Positions 42,500-55,729 of a DNA stretch of 64,000 nucleotides are shown here, one piece after another. Every line of letters starts with the position of its first letter. Position 1 is the stretch's first letter. The notes under the pieces are model-generated. The model ran no database searches, was not told the DNA's origin, and saw nothing but the letters and a program-made list of their open reading frames with translations. The translations under genes and the position numbers were made by a program. This DNA is from Lama glama (taxonomy: Eukaryota): positions 31,808,001 through 31,872,000 of the forward strand of contig CM052818.1 of assembly GCA_028534125.1 (NCBI GenBank), given 5' to 3'.

Positions 42500-43265
42500 T
42501 TGATTTCTGTCACAATAGATTAGTTTTGTCTGTTCTTAAGACTCATAGATGGAAACATACACTATAATTTCTTTTGTGTCTGGCTTCTTTCACTTATAAT
42601 TCTAATGCTTTTAAGATTTTTTTTGTGTTGTTGTGTGTATTAACAGTTTGTTTCTTTTTAATTGCTGAATAGTATCCCATTGTATGACTGTAAAGTTGAT
42701 CCTTGAACATTACGGGTTTGAACTGAGGGCCCACTAATGTGTGGATATTTTCAACAGTAAATACCACACAATCTACAGTTGGTTGAATCTGCAAATGCAG
42801 AACCGCAGATTTGGGGGAACTAAACCCCATTTTGGGAGGGCTTGACTATAAATTATTTGCAGATTTTTGACTGCAAGGGTAGGTGCCCCTAACTTGTGCA
42901 TTGTTCAAGGATTGACTATATTACAATTTGTTTATCCATTCATCTGTTGATGGACGTTCAGATTGTTTCTAATTCAGGACTGTCATGACTAAAGCTGCTA
43001 TGAACATTTTGTGTATAATTTATTTCATGGGCATACATTGTTACTTATCTTAAGTCCATTATGAAATTGTTGGATTGTATGGTTAATGCACGTTTGACTT
43101 TATTAGAAGAACTTTATTAGAAGAAAAACTGTTTTTCCAAGGTAATTGTACCACTTTATACTCCCACCAATAATATATGAGAGTTCTACTAACTTCACAT
43201 CCTTGAAAATGCTTATTATTGTTAGTGAGTGGTAGTATCTCATTGTGGCTTTAATTTGTATTTCT
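42500..43265 (-). mobile_element. Old L1M 3' fragment, interrupted by a Tigger MITE
   Basis: ATAGATTAGTTTTGTCTGTTC..TTGCTGAATAGTATCCCATTGTATG..TTTATCCATTCATCTGTTGATGGAC. Confidence 0.7.
42693..42918. mobile_element. Tigger2/MER8-type MITE
   Basis: TA flanks; TIRs AAGTTGATCCTTGAACA / TGTTCAAGGATTGACTA. Confidence 0.8.
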
Positions 43266-43610
43266 ATATATTAGTTATGCATTGTTGCATAGGAAATCAC
43301 CCCCAAACTAGTGGCTCAAAATAATAATAATAATTTATTATCTTTTATAGTTTCTATAAAAGATAGAAATTTGGGAACAGCTTGACTTGGTGATTTTTGT
43401 GTGGAGTCTCTCATGAGATTGCAGTCAGATATTGGCCAAAGCTGCAATCATCTTAAAGCTGGACTAGAGCTGCAGGATTTACTTACAAGGTGCTTTGCTC
43501 ACTTGGCTGATGCTGGCTATTGGTGAGATCTCAGTTCTTCACCAGGTGGTCCTCTCCACAGAGCTGCTGGAACATCGTTTTGACATGGTGTTTGGCTTTC
43601 CTCAGGATGA
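43266..43610 (-). mobile_element. MaLR LTR fragment (MLT1H/G-like)
   Basis: GTCTCTCATGAGATTGCAGTCAGAT..GCTGCAATCATCT; similar to 18935-19430. Confidence 0.65.
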
Positions 43611-45064
43611 GCATCTATTGAGATGATCATACAGTTTTTCTGTTTCATCTTTTTTTTTAAATATGATAAATTACAGTGTTTAATTTTCAAATGTTGAATT
43701 AGCTTTGCATTCACTGGATAAACCCCACATCATCATGACTTATTATCCTCTTTACGTACTGCTGGATCAGCTCATTAATACCTTGTTGAGGATTTCTGCA
43801 TGTATATTCTTGAAGATTACTGGTCTATAGTTTTCTTGTCTTTGACAGGCTTTAGGGTCTAGGTAATGCTGTGCTTATGAAATGTGTTGGGAAGTGCTCC
43901 CTCTTCTATTTTTCCTGTAAAAGAATTACAATTTTTTCTTTCTTGAAGTTTTGTTTAGTAGAATTTTCTACTGAAGCCATCTTGGCCTGGTGTAGTCTTT
44001 GCTGGGATTTTTATAGTTACTAACTATATTTATTCAATAATAATTACGGGATTTTTTCAGCTTATATATTTATTTTGAGTGAACTTTAGCAGTTTGTAAT
44101 CTTCAAGAAGTTGATTCATTTCATCTAAGTTGTTGAATTAATACAAGTAAAATTGTTCATAGTATTTTCTTATTCTTTTTTTATGTCTGTAGGGTCACTA
44201 GTGATATCATTTCTTTTATACTTGATGCTGGTAATTTGCATCAGCTCTCTTTTCTTTGTTGTCATTCTGGCTAGAGAATGACCAGCTTACCAAGTTTATT
44301 GATATTTTTGTGATATCTTTTTGTGATATTGATTTCTTCCATTATTTTTCTTTAAATCTCACTGATTTTTGCTCTTATTTTATTGTCTTTCCTTCATTTT
44401 CTTTGCCTTGGGTTTAATTTGCTCCTCTTGTTTCTAATTTTTTAAGGTGAGAGCTTAGATCATTGATTTGAAATGTTTCTTCTTTTTCTACTATAATCAT
44501 GTAATGCTAAAATTTCCTCAATAATTGCTTTAGCTGCATCGTACAAATATCATTATGTTGTAATGAAATTTTATTTATATTCAGTTACAAATATTTTATA
44601 ATTTTCCATTTGGCTTTCTCTTCGACCAAAGGTATATATAAGTATGTTTAATTTCTGAATACTTGGGCAATTTTCCAGATATTTTTCTCTTATTGATTTC
44701 TAGTTTAATTCTCATATGGTCTGAAAACATACTTGGTTTGATTTCAGTTATTTAAAATTTGTTAAGATTTGCTTTATGGCCCCTGTCTTGCTGAATGTTC
44801 CATGTATACTTGAAAAGAACATGTTTTTTGTTGTTGTTGGGTGGAATGTTCAATCAATGTCAATTAAGTCAATTTGGTTAATAGTGTTGTTCAGGTCTTT
44901 TATATCCTTGCTGGTTGTTCTGTCCATTCTGTGTATTGCCAGTAGAGGAATGCTGAGCTCTCCAGTTTTTTGTTTTGCCTCTTTCTCCTTTGAATTCTAT
45001 TGTTTTGCTTCTCTATTTTGAAGGTTTATTAGATGCCTATACACATTTAGGATTATGTATTCTT

Positions 45065-45233
45065 TTTTTAAAAAATTGAAGTACAGTCAGTTATAGTGTG
45101 TCAGTTTCTGGTGTATAGCATAATGTTTCAGTCATGCATATACATACATACATTCATTTTCATATTCTTTTTCATTAAAGGTTACTGTAAGATAGTGAAT
45201 ATGGCTCCTTGTTCTATGCAGAAGAAATTTCTT
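45065..45233 (-). mobile_element. ~170-bp L1 3'-end insertion with 19-bp TSD
   Basis: TSD TTTAGGATTATGT(A/C)TTCTT at 45046-45064 and 45234-45252; body TTGAAGTACAGTCAG..TTTCTGGTGTATAGCAT. Confidence 0.88.
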
Positions 45234-48200
45234 TTTAGGATTATGTCTTCTTGATAATTTGACTCTTTTATTATTATATAATATCTCTTTTTATCTCTGG
45301 CGATGTTCATATTTTGAAGTTTACTTTGATTGATACTAATATAGCCATTCCAACTTTCTTTTGATTAGTGTTTGTGTGGTGTATCTGTTTTGTTCTTTTA
45401 CTTTTAATCTAAGTATTTATTTAAAGTGGATTTCTTGAAGAAAATATATGGTTGGCTTTTATGTGTTTTTTTTAAAATTCAGTGTCACAATGTCTGTCTT
45501 TTATTTGGTGTGCTAAGCCACTTATATTTAATATTATAATCAATATGGTTAGATTTAGGTCTATTATATTATTTTTATTACTACTACTACTATTATTATC
45601 ATTTTTTCTCTCTGAATTTTGGTCTTGTCCCTTTCCTAACATCTTTTGAGTTACTTGAATATATTTTAGTATTTGTTTTAATTTTCTATTTTTTTGGCTA
45701 CATCTCTGTATTAATATTTTAGTGTTTGCTCTTGGGATTTTGTATATGTCAAGAGAGAGGAGAGAAAGAGAGGGAAAGAGAGAGACTTTTGCAATTTTAC
45801 TTTGAGTTGACATTTTGCTACTTCAAGTAAAATATAGAAGGCTTACAACTATATAGTTTCCTTTACCCTATCCCTTAATGTTATAGTTGTCATATGGGTT
45901 ATACCTACATAATTTAAAATCCTGCTAGACAGTATCTGTAATTTTTCTTTTGGCAGTTATTCATATTTTAAATAACTTAAGAGGATAAAACTAGTCCTTT
46001 ATATTTACTCAGATATGTACCATCTCTTGCTTTTTTCCCTATTTTATTATTTGCTATCAATCTAAAGAATTCCCTTTTCATTTCTTTTAGAATAGGCCTT
46101 CTGGTAACAAATTCTCTTAGTTTTTTCCTTATCTGAGGATGTCCTTATTTTACCTTCATTTATGAAGAATATTTTGCTGGCTGCAAAAGTCTGGATTGAC
46201 AGTTCTTTTCTTTTTGCTCTTTAAGAATGTTATTCCTGTGTCCTTCACAGTTTCTGATGAACATTCTGTCATTAAATTGTTCTTTCCTATGGATAGCTAT
46301 TTTCAAGATATTTTCTTTGTCTTTGGTTTTCAGAAGTTTGATTATGATGAGTCTGTGTATGAAATGTTATTTGACTTTATCCTGTTTTCAGTTTGTTGAG
46401 ATTCTTAATCTGTAAGTTTATGTCTTTCATGATATTTAAGGAGTTTCCAGCCATTATTCCCCATCCTCCACCCTGAACCAGTATCTTTCTCCTCCCCTCT
46501 GGTACTCAAATTGCACAACTGTTGGACCTGTTGTTATTGTCTTACATACTCTTGAGGCTCTGCTGATTTTTTTTAAAATTTTTCCTTTCAGTTCTGTAGA
46601 TTGGACAGTTTCTATGATCTGTCCTCAAGTTTACTGAATCTTCACTCTTCGCTTATCTCCATTTTGCTATAATTTTTATTTTAGATATATTTTTCAATTT
46701 AAATTTTCATTACAAAATAACTTCTATTTACCTACTGATGAGGACCACCTTTCCATCTATTTTTCCAGAATGCTTACTTTTATCTGATGGGAACATAATA
46801 ACAGCTTCATTTTAAAAAGTCCTTGATGATTTCAACATCTGATTATCTTGTTATTGCCATCTGTTGGTTATCTTTCTCTTACAAACTGGTCACTTTTTTG
46901 TTGCTTTGCTTTATATATTTAGATTGCATCCTGGAAGTTTTGAACATTATGCTGTTTGGTCTGAGACTTGAATGTGGTTTAAACCTTAGTTTTGTTCTTT
47001 AAGCCTTTGTTATGTTGCTCTGAGTCTGTCCACACATGTGCTGCTCACAGGTGAACTGGAACCCTGGGCTAATTTCTTCATAAATTTGGCATATTTCCTT
47101 CTCCAGCTCTTTTCTCTTTGGGATTTTCTTTAAACTCAGTTTTACCTACTTGTACTACTGTGGCACAGCTCTTGCAACTAGAGTTGCCTTCAGGCAAAAC
47201 AGAGAGAGAATAAAGAGAAACAAAACAGGGATTCATTCCCTCCACACTCTTTGGCCTAAAGTGGCCCTTTTTCCCAGTCCTCTGGCCTGAAAGATGTCGT
47301 TTTTACAGGGTTTCTGTTACAGTTTTGGCTGCTGACGTCACCAGCCATGCTAACTGTCCTGAGTGCTTATAATATGGTAAGAAAAAGAGAATAGTAAACA
47401 AAAAAATGGAGATTTCTTTCCATACTCTCTGGGTCACAAGGCCCTTTTCCTGGCCTTTTGGTCAGATAGAAAGAATTTCTTGGGGGAATTTTAGCACCAT
47501 CACCTCAGCTTTGCTGGGTGCCTGCATTTGGCTTATGGATGAAAGAGAAAAGAGGTAAAAACAGAAAACTCACCTCCTTTTGGGTTACTTTCCCAAGTTT
47601 GACATTCTTCCTCAGTATTTCTGGTTTTATTTACTTTTGAGAGTTCCTTGATGGTTGTTTTTATACTTTGTCCAGAGTTTTTGGTTGTAAGCAGCAGGAT
47701 AAATAGAATTTAGTGGGCTTACTCCACCTTGCTATGTTGGAAGTTCCTTGTTCCTTTTTGAATCAGTTTCCATTTGCAATGTTTTTCTTTCAGCCATTAA
47801 TATTTAATGTTATGCCATTCTTCTGTATTTAAATTTGCTTAGATTCTGTTTGCTTTTTTTTTTGCTTTTTTTGCTTTTATTTTAAAGATTCTCACTAGAT
47901 ACACTTCTAGGTTTATAGCACTTTAATGTTGTTGTATTGTTGCATGGTTTGCACTGTTTCTGATCAGAATTCAGAGGAATTTTATCTGTATTTCCCCTTA
48001 TGTCTCCCTCCCCCCATCCCATGGCTGCTTTAGGAGTTTGTGTTTATTATGGGATTTCAGCAGTTTAATTGTGATGTGTCTTGTGGTTTTCTTTGTGTTT
48101 TTCTTGCTTGGAGCTTTTTGAGAGACCTTTGGTTTTGTAGGTTTATGTTTTTCCATCATGTTTAGAAATTTTTCAATTTTTTTCTCCTCCCTCTTCCTAA

Positions 48201-48519
48201 TAATCTAATTATAATTATGTTAGACAATGAATCTGTTCCCATGATTCATTAAGGATCTGTTCACTTTTTTTGTGAACCCTCTTTCTCTCTATACTTCTGT
48301 CTGGTTAGATTTTACTGTTTGTCTTAAAGTTCATTCTGTTTTTTACTGCAATGTCTTATCTGCTGATAAACCAGCCCATCAAATACATTTTCAGGTTAGA
48401 TATTACATTTTTTTCAGATCCAGAATTTCTATTTCCATTTATGTTTCTTTCCTTGTTATATTTATCATTTTTTAAAAGTCCTTGAACATATTTTGTAATA
48501 GCTGTTTTAAAGTTCTTTC

Positions 48520-48780
48520 TGAGGCATTCTGGTACAATGGGAAAGAGCACAGCCATTAGAATCAGATTGCCTGGGTTCGGATCTTAGCCTTAATTCTTAG
48601 AAGCTGGGTTGTTATAGGCAAGTTATTTAACATTTTTGTGCTTTAGTTTCCTCAAAATGGTACAAAGAGATTACTTCTCTTGGAAGGCTATTGTGAGAAT
48701 TAATTAGATAATAAAACATAATGCTGTTAGAACAATAGTGCCTTGAACATAATAAGCACTCAATAAACATTGACTATTAT
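48520..48780 (+). mobile_element. MIR SINE (near full length)
   Basis: AGAGCACAG..TCAGATTGCCTGGGTTCG..GGCAAGTTATTTAAC..AAGCACTCAATAAA. Confidence 0.75.
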
Positions 48781-50259
48781 AATTTAAAAAAATTTCTTTC
48801 TGCTAGTTAAATTATTTCTGTCATTTCTGTGTCTGTTTCTTTGATCAGTTTTTCTCTTGGTTAAATGTTGCATTTTCCTGCTTCTTTATACCTAGTAATT
48901 TTTAATTGATTATTACATATTATAAATATTACATTATTGAGTATATGGATTTTGTTGTCTTCTTTTGAAGACTGTTGAATATTGTTTGCCAGCCAGTTAA
49001 TTTGCTTGCCCATCAACTTGGTACTTTCAAGGATTATTGTTAAACTTTGTTAAAGGAGTTTAGAGGAGCCTTTATTCTATGGTTAGTTTAAGCCTCATCT
49101 TAAAATTTGGCCTTTCTGGGGTCTCCATTGAATGCCTCAAGTGTTCAGTGAGGTTCTCCACTGTGGTTATCAAACACTTAAGCATTTCCCCAACTCTGTG
49201 TGAGCTTGTTTAGCTTACAGTTCTCTCATAGATGTTCTTCTCCTGATAGCTTTTCTTTGCCCAGACTTATGGAATATCATTCTATGAACATACAACTTAA
49301 TATTCAGCTAGAGACTCAAGGAGATGCCTGTGTAGTTTTATGGAGTGTTTTCTTTCTTTCTCTCTCTCTAGATGTCCTTTCTCTGGTTTTCCCCCTGGTA
49401 ATTAAAGCTGTGTCAGCCTTCCCAAACTCTACTGTCTATTATGTGAAACCCAGGAGACCATCATGCTCTACTTGGGTACCTCCTTACTGTATCAGGGTGT
49501 GGAAGATGCCTCCAGGCAGAAAATTAGGACAGTGAGAAGGCCTACTGCATTTATTTTCCCTGTCTCAAGGATTATAATCCTATGCTACTGATTATCCAAT
49601 AAGAACAGTTTTTTCCATATATTTTGTCCATTATTACAGATGTTTATGACAGAAGGCTAATCCAGTGCTTGTTGGGTACTGCATCATGGCTGGGAGTCTG
49701 CATGATGAATTTTGATATCACAGTCATAGTGACTTGTCTTTAGAGACATCATATAGACATATATGAGAGGTACTCACCAAAGAGAAATTAGATGAAGGAA
49801 TCCTTTTTATGAATATCTATATGTTTGTACTTTTACCTGAAGAAATCCTGTTTATTGTTTTGGTTTCTTACTGAGCACTTACCAAATTGAATGAAGTACA
49901 GGAGGAGTTCACAACTAGTTGGGGAGAAAAGGCAGACAAAGCATGCTGATAAATAACTCCAGTGAAAGGTAGCACCTGTGTGTGAACAAATGATGCAACT
50001 GGTTCATTGGAGGCTTGGAGAGGTCAATTCCTGCTGGAGTCATTAGGGACAGTTTCATTCTGTACCTCCATACTTCAAAAACCATTCCCTTAAAGTCTGA
50101 TGAGCTGCACTTGTTCAGTGCATAATGGGACGGGTGAAGTTCCTCTGTGACAGAAAATTATAGCTCTGGAATTTTAGAAAGAGAAAGCTTATTACCTTTT
50201 GGCAGAGTCAAGTCAAAGGGTATCTACTGAGAATGATGGTTTTCTTTTGGGATTGTGAT

Positions 50260-51400
50260 AGAAGTGAGTTAGAAAAAACTTCAGGAGGTAATTTGAGATG
50301 TCTTGTGAGTACATATTTAGACTTGGAAAAGAGAAGGCAAGAGACATTCTAAGTTGGGGCAATAGCATAAAAAATAATGCCCAGAGGAAGAACATTGGTT
50401 AGAGAGAGAAAAAGAGAGAGTCAGACTGACTGTGTGCATGGTGTTGTGTGGGTGTAAGAAAGTAGGACTAGCCAGAACAGAAAGGTCTAAGGAATATGGG
50501 GGGTGGAGGGGATGGGTGCTGAGTCAGATATCCTGAGTTAGAGGTGGAGCTGGCTTACAGAGTCAGGGATTTACATTTGATGCTGAAGAAATCAGAAAGT
50601 AGTTAGTTTTTGAGTAGGGGTGATTCCTGTTGACTACATATTGACTACAGATTCTTCTGAAAATGTAGTTTGGTCATGGGTCTCAAGCCTGGACCACAGA
50701 GACAACTGGTAGTTGTATTGGAGCCCTGACAGGCTGTTCCACTGGCTCAGGAGTGAGGGACTCAGAGCTGAGCCGAGAGATGTCCAGATGTAAGGGGAAC
50801 AAAAAGGAAGAAGTCAGAGGTCTAAGGTTTGGGGCCAGGGACCCTGAAGACTGGTGGTGTTACTGATAAAACAGACAGTTGGGATGAGGACCTGGTCTGA
50901 GAGGAAAGTGGCTGGCATTGTAGTGGACATCCATCTGAAGATCAGGTTATCTGGTATGCACATGATGATATGGAGCAGAAGCAGGAACAGGTGAAAGGTC
51001 CAGGTAGAAGATATGGATATGGGAGCTATTTATATCGATGGAAAGTCACACATGGAATTTAAGAAAGTTCATAATTAGGCAGTGGAATGGAGTCAATGAT
51101 GTCATCAAACAGAACTTTCTTACAAGAAGGAAGAGAGGCTGCTAAATCATGTGGTGTCATGGAAGCTAAGGGAGGCAGATTTTCCACAGATGGAATGGAG
51201 AAAGGTTGTTGTGTTTGACCAAGAGCCTTATGGAAAGCAGGCATAGGCAGAAGGAAGTTTAGAGGGAGTGCTGAAGAAATTTAAACAAAATATGCTATCT
51301 GTGAAAGGAAAAAGAGAAGAGAACGAGACTATGTCAATGATGTTAGAGGGCTTGGCAGAATGAAGAAGGGATGTATTAGGATATGTGAAACTTCTTAATG
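50260..51400 (-). mobile_element. L2 fragments
   Basis: Purine-rich antisense L2-like sequence, e.g. GTGGTGTCATGGAAGCTAAGGG. Confidence 0.5.
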
Positions 51401-51699
51401 TTGAAAATTAAAAGGGGAAAAGCTAGAGAGAAAGGTTTCAGGTACCAGAAAGAAAGGGGATAATTGTGTAGCTAGACTGCTCAACTTAGGCATTGCAGAC
51501 TCTCATATAGGCCTCAGATGTCATTACTTCCCAGGCCCTGTCTGCTTCAGGAGTCTCTTCTTTAATAGTGTTCCTGCCATTTTCATATTTTAAAATATTT
51601 CTGGGTGATGGGGAATCACTATTTTATGAGGCTGCCCTGTGCTTGCTGGACAGATCTGTTGGGAAAATATTTGATACTGGATGAGTTATATTTTTCTGT

Positions 51700-51910
51700 A
51701 ACTTAATGCTAATAGTAACAGCTACAATTGAACAGTTTTACACAGATTATTTAATCCTCGCTATAATATGGTAAGGTTGATTTTATTGTTATCCTCATTT
51801 TTCAGATAACTAAACTAAGGCTCAGAGAGGTTCAGCCATTGTCCAAGATCATGTAGCTAAGGAGAGAAGGATGTGGTATTTGAATCCTGGTCTATTTATA
51901 GACCTATAAT
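51700..51910 (-). mobile_element. MIR SINE
   Basis: ATTTTTCAGAT..AAACTAAGGCTCAGAGAGGTT..CCAAGATCA..TTTGAATCC. Confidence 0.7.
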
Positions 51911-52079
51911 CTCTGTGTCTATTATTCTTACTTGTGGCTGTCATTCTTTCCCCAAGTAGTGTCCTTTCTCCAACACGAGGACCTTGCAGATGTTTGAAGG
52001 CAGTTATCCCACATATGCTGGATAATTTCCTTTGTCTCTTTCTTCTTTTCTTTCTTACTTTTTTTTCTTTTGTCTTTTT

Positions 52080-52270
52080 AGAATTTGTTAATTCAACAAA
52101 TAATTATTGAGCAGCTTCAGAATATCAGACACTGTACTAGGTGCTGCACAGGCAGCAATCAGTAAAACAGACCATGGGGTTTATAGACTGGAGAGAGAAG
52201 CATATTGGGTGTGCAAGTTAGCAAATAAATATATAATAAGAAACAATGATGAGTGTTACGAAGGAAACAA
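52080..52270 (-). mobile_element. L2 3' end
   Basis: ATTCAACAAATAATTATTGAGCA..CAGACACTGTACTAGGTGCTG. Confidence 0.65.
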
Positions 52271-53699
52271 ACATTCTAGCTTCCCTTGTCACTTTTCCTC
52301 ATAAACTCTGGGTTTCAGAATGCTCACTACATGTGCTTCTTTCCTCCTGACACCCTCTCCTTTTTCAGAATGGCCTTCAAATGAGGACAGGTTTCCACTG
52401 CTGTGATCTGACCATTGTGGAGCACATTGAGGCTCTTAACTTGGGATCCTCGTGTTACTGCAGCTTAGAGTTAGGAATGGGCAGAATCACAGGCAATGGT
52501 GACTGGAGAGAAGACAGATGTGCAGAAGGCCATGTAGAGATGAAGGATGGAGAGCCCAGGAGTGTGACCAGATGGTCTCAGTTTGTTCCATGAAGTGTGA
52601 GCAAAGGTCATGCCAAATAGATCACAAAGCCATGCATCCCCTTCCATTCCACAGTTCCTGCCTTTCTCTTTATGCTCTAGCCCCTCTGTACCCACACATC
52701 TACTTGACAAATGAAGCTGAGGGAGAAAGCACTGAATACACATGTGTCATGGTGGGCAGCTAAGGTTGGAAGTGTGCTACAGGGAAAGGTTTCTCCCCTT
52801 CCTCCCTTCCCTCTCTTCTCTTCTCCTCCCTCCCCTCACTGCTTACCTTCCTCCCTCCCTTTCTACCTTCCTTCTTTTCTTCTTTTCTTTCTTTCATAGT
52901 ATTTGTCTTATTAATACCATAATTTGGAAGACTCTGGCTGGAGAAAAATGTCAAGAAGTACAAATGGAGATTTGATACATCTGACCTTTCTTCTCTTCAG
53001 AACAATAAATGTCAAATAGCTTAACATGACAGCCAGGATGGCTAGAGATTATTTATGTCCTTAAATATTTAGAAACATAGATTAGACTTAGGTCTAATTT
53101 ACATGAAGAGTCTGGCCTATGAGAATCATAGGCACTTTGAAGGAACCCAGTGTAAGCGGTGATATGTACATTTTACAGAAAAGAAAATGTTTTGAAAAAA
53201 CATTCTGAAAAATCAGAATAGAATGAAGTGATAAATGCTTCTTTGATAGGTAATGAGATCACTTGATAACATCAAGAAAGTATTTTGCAACACAGAACTG
53301 TTTGGATTTTAATATCTGTATGGTGTGGTTTGATAGCATTCCAGAGAAAGACCCACAGTTGACATGTCCTGTCCTTTGATTAAATACAAAATTATATATA
53401 TGCGTTTTTACTTGTATCACTTACCTCATTATACTAAAGACATTTCATTGTGAAAACAGAAGGAGAGAGAATTATCTTGCTCCAACTGTGTAAATCCTGG
53501 TAGAAGTATAATCCTTCAACCTGGAGTGTCATTCTCACTCATGCCTCCTACTCAATTATCATCAGAAGCAGCAGCGTCCCTTTCAGAGTGGAGGTTTTCA
53601 GAAAGGTGGTGTTTTTTGTTTGTTTGTTTGTCTTTTAAGAACTATGAACATTAGTTAACCTAATTAACCCATTTACTTCTGAAACGGCACAGCACTGCA

Positions 53700-53980
53700 T
53701 TGTGTTAAGAATACAGAATCTGGAGTTAGTTCTGGGTCTGGTACTCAGCTCCAGAACTGTTGAGTTAAAAGTTCTTAAAGTAGTGAGATAACATTTTTCA
53801 GCTCTTGGTATCCTCATCTCTAAAATAGAGATTATGTAATAATAGATATTATTATAGCACTTGCTTTATAGAGTTCTTACGAGGAGTAAATGAGATAACT
53901 TAAAAAATAATTTAGTACAACACCTGCCATGTGGTTAAAGGACTGAAAATATTATTCATTATCTTCTATTTTACTATTAC
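53700..53980 (+). mobile_element. MIR SINE
   Basis: TCCTCATCTCTAAAATAGAGAT..GAGGAGTAAATGAGATAA. Confidence 0.65.
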
Positions 53981-55214
53981 TGTTGTTTTATTAACAAGGG
54001 GGTTCTCCTAACTATTTTTGTGCCTTCGTTTTTGTATCATCTTTGCTAACATTTAGTCATATTCAAAATTAGAGTTTGTCTGGTACAAGACACAATTCAG
54101 CAAAGAACCCAAAAGAAACCTTTAAATGTAGACTAAAGGAGCCTATTTGCTCAAAGACTAAAGTCATCAGAAAATGAGTGTCATCCCCATTGTGCATTTC
54201 CTAAGAGTTCTATATGGATCAAGCAAGTCTTTTCTTTATTTCTTTTTTAATGTCAAGTAATTTTAATTGTCGTGAATATTATTTCTGAACTCTTTTAAGA
54301 TATTCATTATAAGTTCTTTTACTTTCATAGCAGAAAAAGTCCTTATTTCTGTTACTAACAGTGAAGTTTGAAAAACTATGTAATTTAAGGGGGTGGAAAG
54401 AGGGAAGAGAGTTTTGGACCAGGAATCATGGGATTAGGTTTTCATTTTGGAATGTAGTGAGTTGTCCTGTTTGAACCTAAGCAAATCACCTACACTTTCT
54501 CAGTCTTAGTTTCTGTCTTGTGAAAATAAGTGAGTTCTAATCTCTGCTATCCCTTTCATATTAAAATTCTGTAATTTTAAACTATTTCCAGGGCTGTTTT
54601 TGAAGCATTACTGGGAAGATCCTGTTTGTATGAATAGTTGTAGGGTTAATTAGAATTTCACAGAGCAGTGATAGGAAATATTAACCTTCTCTGATTCTTA
54701 TATGCTTGGTAACTAGCAGATTATGGTAAGAGTTGTTTATCTCTAACTAATATGCCTAGAGACTATAATATTAAATAAATTCATTTTCATTTTCACCCCA
54801 AAGGAAAACCCAAGTTATTTGGGTGTTTTTCTGAATATATAGTAAACTCACCTAAGATGCTCTGTTCTGGTATTCTATTTTGTCAGGAACTAGTTGGCTG
54901 AACAGAGGCGACAGATAGACAGACAGATAGGTCAGTACTCATCTATTTACCTTCCTACATGCATTAAAAGTTGTACTTCTTCCCTATTTATGTTGGGGGC
55001 AGGATTGAGAGATAAGCGAGTATTTGACTCATCTAGCTCAGTATGAGGAACAGGAGGTGTTCAGTAAATACTTACTAAATTAATGAAAGAAGGAACAAAG
55101 AATGATGAAAATATGCTACATGAAAAGGGCTACTTGAGTAGATTCTTTCCATCTTTAATAACTCATATCCAGTGAACAAAGTGTGTGTTTTACAAGTTCA
55201 TTCACTTGCTTAAA

Positions 55215-55672
55215 CTTTTTTTTTATATTGAGGTATAATTGATTTACAGTATTATACTAATTTCTGAGTGTACAACATAGTGTACAACATTTATGCCAAA
55301 ACTTTTACAGATTATACTCCATTTACAGTTGCTAAAAAAACATTGGTTATAGTCCTTGTGCTGTGTAATATATTTTTACAGCTTATTCATTTTATATGTA
55401 GTAGTTTGTACTTCTTAGTCCTCTACCTCTTATCTTGCCACCCACCTCTGCCCTCTCCGCACTGATAACAACTAGTTTGTTTTCGATATCCATGAGTCTG
55501 TTTCTGTTTTGTTATATTCATTCATATTTTTTAAGTTCTATATTTAAATGATAACATGCAGTATTTGTCTTTCTCTATCTAACTCATTTCACTGAATATA
55601 ACACCCTCCAGGTCCATCCATGTTATTGCAAAAGGCAAAATTTCATTCTTTTTTATGTCTGAGTAGTATTCC

Positions 55673-55729
<57 letters not shown>

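Larger units (their letters stand above)
43611..49700 (-). mobile_element. Composite of old L1M ORF2/ORF1/5' fragments with nested younger insertions
   Basis: CATCTATTGAGATGATCATA (ORF2 MIISIDA), long T-rich antisense L1 body and ORF1-like segments at ~46080-46900 and ~47900-48500. Boundaries approximate. Confidence 0.65.
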
